Part shown: positions 19,201 to 27,700 of the stretch, piece by piece
Layout: every line of letters starts with the position of its first letter
How positions within the stretch are numbered: the stretch's first letter is position 1
Origin: an uncultured Acidobacteriota bacterium
Lineage (GTDB): Bacteria; Acidobacteriota; Thermoanaerobaculia; Multivoradales; UBA5704
NCBI GenBank assembly: GCA_963700145.1
Contig: OY969474.1
Span: 1 to 64,000 of the forward strand
Reading direction: 5' to 3'
Length of the DNA: 64,000 nucleotides
Made by a program: the position numbers and the translations under genes
The notes under the pieces: generated by a model
Told to the model about the DNA's origin: nothing
Databases searched by the model: none
Seen by the model: the letters and a program-made list of their open reading frames with translations, nothing else

Positions 19201-20836
19201 CCCGGCTCCGGACGTCGGAGCCGGCAAGCCCTTCGAGCCCAGCCTCGCCGAGCCCGCCGTCTATGCCCAGATCGCCGTCAGCGCCGCGGACGACAAGCAA
19301 CACGCGGCGGACGATCCCAAGTGGAACGATCCCGCCCGCTTCGGCAACGAGAGCCGGCTCTCGCCGTCGGCAACGGTCTTCCGCGTCCTCCAGACGCCGC
19401 CGCAAGCGCCCGAGCTGCCGGACCTCGGCGACCGACTCTGGGCCACGCCAGCCGACTACTACGACCGCTCCTACTCGACGTTCCGCTTCAAAGACCCCAA
19501 GGAGCCGCTGCGAGTCCACATCCTGCGCGCCCTCGACGACAGCCTCTTCAAGCGCGACTGGCTCATCCGCGAGACGCGGAAGCTCCTCGATCCGGTGCTC
19601 GACCCGGCGGCGCTCGGCGCCAAGATCGAGCACCTGGCGTTCTTCCCGGACGGCTGGGACTTCTCGCAGCGGAAGGCCGCGGCGGACGGCGTAAACGCTC
19701 TCGCCCAAGGGGCTGCCTACAGCAGCCTGTCGAATGACGCCTGGACTGTGCTGGCTCTCCTCCCGGGCAACGAGTCCCAGGCGAACCGAACCGCCCTCGA
19801 GCAGCGCGACGTGGAGATGCGTCGCCTCCGCGGGAAGCTCGTGGCCGCCGACGCCGACCTCTCTCCGCAGAGCTGGACCGCGGCCACGCACCTCGATGCG
19901 GCCAAGTCCCTCAACGATCTCGCCGACCCGCCCGGCTACCTCGCGCTCCCGGACAGCGCCCTCCGCCTCCTCGCCGCCCTCCCCGGAAACGAGGTCGCCT
20001 TCACCCAGGTCACGCTGCAGCCCTTCGACATGGCGGACCCCGAGATCCAGGACCAGCGCCGGCCGGACGACGCCGAGAGCTACACCCCCGACCCGACGAC
20101 GCTCCGCGCCTACACGGACACCCTCCCCGGCCGCGCCACCAATCGCTACTTCTACCGCGCCTCGTTCGTGGACGGCGCCCAAAACCCGAGCGCCCTGAGC
20201 CTCCCGGGGCCGCCGGTATATCTGCGCAAGGTGGAACCGCCGCGAACGCCGGTGATCACCCGCATCGAAGGCGGGGACCGGCAGATCACCGTGGCATGGG
20301 CTGCGAACCGGGAAGTGGAGCTGGTCGAGTACCGCGTGTACCGGGCGACGACGAAGGAGGCCGCCCGTGATCTGCGTCTAATGACCCTGGTCGCCACCCA
20401 CGGGCCGACCGAGCGGTCCTGGGTCGACACCAGCGCGCCGCTCGCAATGACGGTGTACTACCGATTGGCGGCGGTGGACTCAGCGGGCAACGTGTCGTCG
20501 CCGTCGAGGTCCGCCTCGGCGCGGGCGTTCGACGATTCCGAGGCGCCAGTTCCGGTGTGGAAACCACCGACCGTGGAGCCTGGTGGCACCGCGGTGGCTC
20601 TCTCCTGGGAACTCCCGTCGGCCGACCTGCGGGCCGTCGTCTTCCGGCGATCGTCAGCCGACACCGCCTGGGAGAACCTCACCGGGTGGCTGCCGGAGGA
20701 AACCGCCACCTTCAAGGACAGCGGCGGCAGCGGCCCCCGCGTCTACCGGCTGGTCGTGATGGACGGCGAGGGTCGCGTCGCGAAGGCAGCACCGGACCTG
20801 ACGGTCGACCCAACGATCGAGACAACCGGCTCATGA
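16277..20836 (+). CDS. 1519-aa hypothetical protein with fibronectin type III-like repeats, no signal peptide
   Basis: GGAG RBS; FN3-like ends YSYRVAGDDLFGRRS, YFYRASFVDGAQNPS, VYYRLAAVDSAGNVS, VYRLVVMD; Pro-rich linkers. Confidence 0.85.
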   Translation: MSFNTEALTLLTLGIRGDQPFGSERPALPDGNHCRWFPDQDLGFPWHGFYLFRRESRPSRPRCLSAELRHLRPGTSQSIRLETTLGRLSSAKPLVFTEDFLPAGLVEVDLAQGASLRFDLPGGVEARRVDVRIGLRDAGAPRSCVDFRRLPLGLGPNPRTEKEAVFTTEPPPISGAIDATSIEQWPGSPPGLQTSRRLEIALPCPATRIDLLLSNRGELKIEALDADGRSVAVQNVAPLALTAGTVSLTGKAITQVTLESSIGDPALLHEICFECPAAVLAAPGKGARIEVRALAGTAAVASTVVQGNAGEVVAATLEGTGITAVELAPGPGALVDLCVWTSAQGVTFGWEEVPGFRYPLCLPVAHPDYPCAGKPATFDDAKALALSRVTYPAPQGWDQGFAELHGELTLLVQGGPGGVPMAQRVHPDLPGQPLSPATQSDVPKLPGLRPLDLVFLASLHPAMAQMLGLYFADTSVPASVGYDYLLLADPTGVLGGSAETALAWLAFTADSSQVDATLVLGRRPTPRPPIDPPGAPRAYALPGMATRAIDGTVPETAGNVGLWWPLPADSTDEQPDQIVFYYPQRVSLGPIEPTAQPAVAQYQPLPHFAPVLVSEPDPLAVPGPRSSDWPPPSIPLHVVDANLPEGWYSYRVAGDDLFGRRSALGPPSQWFEWEPTEHQRHPYAVALLDKVPPPPPLGVEAWALDPLDRWVLVDEPHETWRADVGDTLVGLRVRWRWTLLQQVQAPDMAEFRIYYQPGRWNALLGKIEQVAAASAFESDVDLDVADSHPPNTFAGARLRVGNEDFGILGSQPGAKLRLRVKNLGVDDEVRPAEGKPCTVAIPEKHALWVDTSFATTWAKRLAVVDYDPPARTVVDPVEDANGRLLTDAAFTAASESAGVTVSGTIAQLPPMADLSGVQPWIDHLWLEDATEARETHRIVRYDAAARTVELETPPALGPPVHWILGRPTREYDVFLPAPDVGAGKPFEPSLAEPAVYAQIAVSAADDKQHAADDPKWNDPARFGNESRLSPSATVFRVLQTPPQAPELPDLGDRLWATPADYYDRSYSTFRFKDPKEPLRVHILRALDDSLFKRDWLIRETRKLLDPVLDPAALGAKIEHLAFFPDGWDFSQRKAAADGVNALAQGAAYSSLSNDAWTVLALLPGNESQANRTALEQRDVEMRRLRGKLVAADADLSPQSWTAATHLDAAKSLNDLADPPGYLALPDSALRLLAALPGNEVAFTQVTLQPFDMADPEIQDQRRPDDAESYTPDPTTLRAYTDTLPGRATNRYFYRASFVDGAQNPSALSLPGPPVYLRKVEPPRTPVITRIEGGDRQITVAWAANREVELVEYRVYRATTKEAARDLRLMTLVATHGPTERSWVDTSAPLAMTVYYRLAAVDSAGNVSSPSRSASARAFDDSEAPVPVWKPPTVEPGGTAVALSWELPSADLRAVVFRRSSADTAWENLTGWLPEETATFKDSGGSGPRVYRLVVMDGEGRVAKAAPDLTVDPTIETTGS

Positions 20837-21759
20837 ACCCAGTCTTCTGTCCCGTGCAGGGAGAGCTCGATCTGGCCCGCTTGCGGCTGGTGTTCGAAAA
20901 CGGTCTCGACGAGGCGCTGGTCACGGCGATCAAGAACGGCATTGAAGATTGGGTGGCTGTCGACCGCGGCAACCTTGGTGTTTCGATTGTAAAGCTCAAT
21001 CTGAAAAGAACAACCGCCGCGACTGGGGATTACATCATCTATGTCGGCAACGGATCTGCCGGAGACACCAAGGCGCGCGAACCGGAGCGAACGTTGCAGA
21101 TCTCTCACGTCGTCGCCACTCACGGTTACCTATTTAGCACTGAATCTGATCTGAGACGGACGGCGGCGCATGAATTTGGTCACTTGCTGGGACTGGCCGA
21201 CCGCTACTACGAGGGCTACTCACACAAGAAGCACGAAGTTGGCAATCGGCTCAACGTGCCCATGGACAGTCAGCTCTTTCCGCAGGAACAAGACTATGTT
21301 CCGAGCACCAATCTCATGTCGGGTGGTGCTTCCGCTTGGACGCTTTCAGAGGCTCAGCGCAAATTGGTATTGGCGTGTAAGTCCGAAACCCAGAAGTCGA
21401 GGCGTGTGGCGGGGCTCTTCGACCAAAACCAGTCCGAGGGAAGTTGGCACCTTCCATCAACGATGTATCTGAGTGGCGATGCGCTGATGACGCCGAATGG
21501 CCCGCCGCCACCGGATCTTGCGATCGCCGGCTACATGCTGGTTGGCGGCCTCGTCTTCATGGCCAAGGCCGGCAAAACCAAGCTGAAGAACGAACCGGTC
21601 CGAGAGCTGTGGAACCTGCGACCGCCTCCCAAGAAGGGTGCGGAGAGGAAAACGTGGTTCAGAAAAGGGAAAAGACACAAGAGTAGGCGGATGGTGTCCA
21701 CGGCGCCGCGAATCCACCGCGAAATGATGAGGCACATCGGGCAGCTCGCGGGCCCCTAG
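20833..21759 (+). CDS. Zinc metallopeptidase (HEXXHXXGXXD) with basic C-terminal tail
   Basis: ATGA overlap with upstream stop; AAHEFGHLLGLADRY and Met-turn-like NLMS; visibly lower GC. Confidence 0.8.
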   Translation: MNPVFCPVQGELDLARLRLVFENGLDEALVTAIKNGIEDWVAVDRGNLGVSIVKLNLKRTTAATGDYIIYVGNGSAGDTKAREPERTLQISHVVATHGYLFSTESDLRRTAAHEFGHLLGLADRYYEGYSHKKHEVGNRLNVPMDSQLFPQEQDYVPSTNLMSGGASAWTLSEAQRKLVLACKSETQKSRRVAGLFDQNQSEGSWHLPSTMYLSGDALMTPNGPPPPDLAIAGYMLVGGLVFMAKAGKTKLKNEPVRELWNLRPPPKKGAERKTWFRKGKRHKSRRMVSTAPRIHREMMRHIGQLAGP

Positions 21760-21784
21760 TTCCGACCGCTCCCACACCACTGCC

Positions 21785-24700
21785 ATGGACGAAACGAAAC
21801 CCATCGAAGAGTTGTGGACGGCACTGGACGGGATCCTGCCCCCGCAGTGGCGAAGCGGTCCGGTGGCCGCCCTTCTCGAGGGGCTGTCTTTCGCCGACGC
21901 GCTGGTGTCATCGGATGGGGACGACAAGTTCACCCTTACCGTCACCATCAGCGCGGACGCTCCGCTCGACCTGGCGATTCCCGGTCTGCCCGAGTTCGGG
22001 ATCACGGTCGGCGAGTTCGACAGTTTCGGCTATTCACTCGAGCTGGGGTACGACGCGGGCGTCTTGTCGCTCGCGGTCGTCGACGTGCCGATCACCATCT
22101 ACCTGCCGGACTCATTCCTGCGGCCGGTGGACGAGGAAGACGGGCTGGCATTGATCGGCGTCGGGATGTTGCGGGTTTCTTCGGTCGGTGAGTTTGAGAT
22201 CAAACTGGCCGACGGCCTCGATTTGCCGCCTTGCCAGCTCGGCGACTCCGGCGTGGTGATCGCCGCCTCGGGTCTGAAATTGGACTTGTCGGTGGCCGAC
22301 AGTCCACCCGAGGTGTTGGCGGCGGGATTCGGGGAGTCATTCGTCGGTCTCTATTTTCAGGAAGTCCGCGTGGCGTTGCCCGCGGGGTTGCCGGGCTTGG
22401 TCCCGGAGGACCTCATCCTCAAGAAGTGCGTCATCGGCTCGGGAGGCGTGAGCGGTGAGCTCGATCTCACCTACGCCCCGGCATACGACGCAGCCACCAG
22501 GAAATTCAGCGGTCCCGGTGCCGGGGAGCTATTCGGGATTCCAGTGGGCCTCGAGCGCGTCGAATTGGTGGTGCGGAAGAATGCCCTCACCAAGTCCAGC
22601 CTCGCGGGCAGGTTGCTGCTGCCATTCTTCGACGAGCCGATCGACGTCGATCTCGGCTTCGACCTCGACGGCAACGTCACCGTGGAGATCACCGGCAGCG
22701 GCGGCAACGCCCTGAAGACCCTGACGAAACCAAACGTCATGAGCATGGAGCTGGACTCCATCGGGGCCGAAATCGCCGACGGCACGTTCAGCCTCAAGCT
22801 CAGCGGCAAGCTCACACCGCTTTTCGGCGCCGACAAGGGCCTCAAGTGGCCCACCTTCGACATCAAAGAGCTCTCCATCGATTCCGAGGGCCACGTCCAT
22901 TTCGACGGCGGCTGGCTCACGCTGCCTCAGCAGCAGACCCTCGACTTCTACGGCTTCAAGATCGAGATCAGCCAGCTCGGCTTCGGCAAGAACGAGGACG
23001 GTAGCAAGTGGGTCGGCTTCTCGGGTGGGTTGAAGCTTGTCGACGGCCTCCAGGCGGGTGCTTCAGTCGAGGGGCTGCGGATCACCTGGTTCGAAGGGAG
23101 CCTTCCCAAGATCTCTCTCAACGGTGCTGGCGTCGAGCTCAAGATCCCTGGGGTTCTCGAGCTCAAGGGCTCGGTCTCGTTCAAGGAGATCACAGACCAG
23201 CTCACCGGGGAGGAAGTCAAACGCTTCGACGGCGACATCCACGTGACTCTCGAAACGCCGGAGCTCGAGATCGACGGCATGATGGTGATCGGCTCGGTCA
23301 AGGGGCCGTTGGGCCGGTACAACTTCTTCGCCATCTACGCCGACGTCGCGCTCCCGACCGGCCTTCCGCTCGCCAGCACCGGGCTCGGGATCTACGGCTT
23401 CGCCGGGCTCGTCGCTCTGCAGATGGAACCCAACAAGAAGCCCGAGGAGATGTGGTTCAGCATCGACCACGGCAAGAGCTTCTACCACCGCGGCGATCCC
23501 GGCATCACCGACCTCAAGAACAAGTGGGAGCCGCGGAAGGGGAGCTTCGCCCTGGGCGCCGGGATCACGCTCGGCACTCTGTCGGACAATGGCTACACCT
23601 TCAACGGCAAGTTCCTGCTCGCCATCGTCCTGCCGGGGCCGATCATCATGCTGCAGGGCGCCGCTTCGTTTCTCAAGAAGCGGGCGGAGGGAACGGACGA
23701 AGGGCAGTTCCGCGCGCTCGCCGTGCTCGACGGCCGCGCCGGCAGCGTCCTCATCGGTCTCGACGCCGAGTACAAGACCGGCAAGGGCGGGGAGCTGCTC
23801 CAGATCGGCGGCAGCTTGGAGGCGTATTACGCCTTCCGCGACCCTACGGCCTGGCATCTCTATCTAGGCCTCAAGGAGCCGCGCGAGCTGCGCATCCGTG
23901 CGCTCTTCGCCCGCCTCGTCGAGGCCAACGCCTACTTCATGCTGGACGCCCACCAGCTCGCCGTGGGCGCCTGGTTCGGCTACGCCAACGCCTGGAAGTT
24001 CGGGCCCCTCCAGGTCACGCTCGAGGCCTGGGCGGAGGGCAACGCCCTCCTCAGCTTCAAGCCCACGCACTTCCACGGCGATCTCTGGCTCCACTGTCTC
24101 CTGGAGCTCAAGGTCTTCGGAATCGGCTTGGGCCTGTCCCTCGACGCGAAGATCGCGGCCGACCTGTTCAAGCCCTATCACCTGCTCGGCACGTTCAGCG
24201 TCGGCATCAAGCTCCCCTGGCCGTTCAAGAAGAAGATCAGCGCCAAGGTGGTGCTGGAGTGGAAGCCGCTTCCGCTTCCGCCGCCGCTCTCCCTGCCGGT
24301 GACAGAGGTGGCCGCGGAGCACTTCAAGAGCACGGTGGTTTGGCCGCTGCCGCGCGGCAAGTACCTTCGGCCCAACTGGTCCGACGGCGACGGCTTCCTG
24401 GCGGGCCCGACCGGCGCGAGTGATCCGGACCTCGCCACGGTCCCCTTGGTGCCGCTGGACGCGCGCCTCTCCGTGACCTTCGGGCGCTCGGTCCACGACT
24501 TGGCGAAAGTTGGGATCAACCTCCAGCCGATCGTTCCGGCCGAGGAGGATATCGGCCATCCAGGCGGCGGCCCGATCGCCAAGGTTCGCTACGAGCTCGC
24601 CGGCCTCGAGCTCCATCGCAAGGTCGGAGCGAGCTGGCAGCTCGTGGCGAGCAGCCCGCAGAGCGGATCGACGCCTGCGCTCTTCGGGTCGTGGCTGCCG

Positions 24701-27700
24701 GGGCCGCAGCTTCCGGACGGCGGCGCGCAGCCTCCCGCGCGCGGGCAGACGAAGCTCCTGGCCTGGTCGAAGACCCCGTTCGATTTCACGCGCGCCACCG
24801 GCTCGACCTGGGAGGAGTGGGTGACCGACGCGTGGCCGGAATACCCCTGCGTGCCGCTGCTGCCGGCGGAGGAGATCTGCTTCGGCTTTGACGACCTAGC
24901 GCCGGGCACGCTGGTGCGCTCGCCCTGGACGCACCCCGGACCGCCCGCCTTCACCCTCTCCTGGGGCTTCGGGCCGGCGGTCGTGCAGGTAGGGCAGGTG
25001 ACGCAGCCTGGCGCCCCCGTGCGGACGGTGAGCTACCTCTGCTTTCCCGCCGCGGCGCTGCGCCGCGGCGTGCGCGTCCGCTCTTCGGCGCCGGGACGAT
25101 CGTTCCGCCTCGTCCTCGCGCCGGCGGTCCAGACGATCAACCTTCGTCCTGTCGCGCCGCCGCAGGCCGCGCCGGATGCGGGACCGCGCCCGGTCACCTT
25201 GCCATGGACGACGTCGGACGCGACCAGGATTTGCGTGGACCTCCGCTCGCGCACGGCCGGCACGGTGGCGAACCCGTGGAGCGCGGAGGGCGTGCGCTTC
25301 ACGGTGCGCGGCGCCGACGGCGGGCCCCTCCCGTTGGCGCGCCTGGAGCGCTGGGGAAAGGGTTCCATCGGCCTCGCCGCGGGTTTCCGGCTCGACGTCG
25401 CCTTGCCCTGCGCTTCCGACTGGGTGGAGCTCATCGTCACTCACCGGCCACCGTTCCGCGTCGTCGCGTTCAACGGCGCCGGCGCCGCTGTCGCCAGCCA
25501 CGCCCCAGCCGGCACGGGCGGCGAGACGACGGAGACGATCCGCCTGGAGGGGCGAGGGATCACCCGCCTGGAAGTGCACGCCGCCGGCAACGAGAAGCTG
25601 GTCCACAGCGTCTGCTATGCCTGCGCTCCTGCCACCGGCCCCTCCGTCACCTGGTATGACAGCGAAGGCTTCCCCCACGGTCCGTACTTCCCGGCGGACG
25701 ACGGAGACGACGTCATCGCCGAGGGGCCCGGCGTCGTCGAGGTCGTGTGGACGGGCGAGGACCGCCCCTGCCTCGAGAAGATCTGCGTCACGCCGGACCC
25801 CGAGGCGGGACTGGGGGTGGGACGCGAGGAGATCATCCAACACATCCGCGACGAGCTGGCGCGCTGGCAGGGCGAAGGCGCGGTGCTGGCGCCGCACACG
25901 ACCTATCGCTTGACCGTGCGGACGCGGGTGGTACCGACGCCTCTTCTTCAAGGCCTTTCGTTTCCGCAGGCCGACAGGAACCCGGTGGAGCACGCCTACT
26001 TCCGCACGGAGGGGCCTCCCGGCTTGGTCGATCTACTGCCGCCGGAAGGCGTTGCGGCGGACACCTTCGACAGCGGCCTCGAGGACCTCGTCCGCTACGT
26101 GCGCGAGACCGACCCGCCGACCGTGCCGCTGCCGGGCGAGAAGCCGATCCTCTTCAAGCCCTTCTACCGCGCCTACGACGTGGGCGTTGAGTTCAACGAG
26201 GACTATGTCGAGCAGATGTACCGCATGGACGGGCGCGACCTCGGCCTCTATCTCTACGACAACAACAACCAACCGGCGCGCGACGCCCGCGGCCGGCTCC
26301 TCGCCCTCGCCAACCGCTGGGGACGGACCGAGACGCTGACCCTCTCCGAGAAGGAGACGCGCTGGCTCACCCTGATCGACGCCGCCACCTGCCTGCCGGA
26401 GAAGCCCGATCCGCGGACCTTCCCGCACGACGCCACGCTCGTCTCGGCCGAGGAGCGTGTGCTCGCCCCGGACACGCTCCACGAGGCGCGCCTGGTTCCG
26501 CTCCTCCTCCACGAGAGCTTTACGGCCGGGAGCGTCGGGACGGCCCCGCCGGGCTGGCTCGCCGACGACGCCGGGGCGGGTGGGCCTTCGCTCTGGCGCC
26601 TGGGGGAGGTGGGGGACCCGGCGAGCCGGTTCGTCGAGCAGGCGTCGGGAATCGGCGGCGCCGGGGAGCCGGCGCGGCCGGGCACCGTGCTCCTCCTCGC
26701 CGGTCCCGCGGCCGGCGCCTGGACCGACTATCGGCTGAGCGTCTACGCGCGCGCGGCGGCGGGCGGCGCGGTCGGCGTCGTCTTCCGCCACGGCGGCGGC
26801 GGGAGCTGGTACCGCTTCGCCCTCGACGAGCGGGGCCGGCGGCTGGTGAAGGCCGGCCCGGCGGGCGTCACTGTCCTCGCCGCGGACCACGTCGGCTCGC
26901 GGCGCAACCGCGACTACTTGCTGACGGTGGAGGCGATCGGGACGTCCCTGCGCACCTACGTGGACGGCGCGCCGGTCTTCGCGGTCGAGGACGGCGACCT
27001 CGCGGCGGGCCGCATCGGCCTCTACGTCTGCCAGAGCCCCGGCGCGCGCTTCACCGACGTGCGGGTGGACGACTTCCGCGCCGCGGCGCCGGTGGTTTAC
27101 CGCTTCCAGCTCACGACCTCGCTCTACGCTAACTTCTTCCACCACCTGCACGGCTTCGACGACCTGACCTGGAGCGGCAGCCTCGGGCCGGAGGCCGCCG
27201 CGCCGCTCGCGCTCGCCGCACCGCCGTCCTTCGCGCCGCCCGGCGAAGCGGAGGCGCGGGCGTACGACGAGCTCGCCGACTTGGCGCTCAAGGCGGAGGC
27301 GCGCCAGAACCCGCCGCGCGTCGAGGTCACCCGTTTGGCGCTCCCCGCCGGCGGGCCGGCGCTCCTCTTGCGGAGCCCCGAGCCGCTAGCCTGGCAACGG
27401 GTCGAGCTGTCCCTCTCACGCCCCGCGCACACCCTGCCCGCGCCGCGGCCGCCGGGCGATCTCAAGCTCACGGACGTCGCCTTCGGCACTCTCAGCCCCG
27501 CGGAGGAAGCGGTCACTCTCCTGCTGCGCGAGGCTGCCGACCTCACGCGGCACCGCATCGAGCTGCGGCAGCTCCCCGGCCCGCTCGCCGAGCCGGCCGG
27601 CGATCCCTTCCTCGCCATCGAGAGCTTCGGCGACCCCGCGGCCCTCGGCCGCTTCGCCGTCGTCGACTTGGGAACAGACGGCGGTCCGTCCGACTGGCGG

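Noticed and set aside
20557-20832. 400-aa version of the metallopeptidase
   Set aside because: It overlaps the upstream gene by 280 nt; ATGA coupling at 20833 is more plausible.
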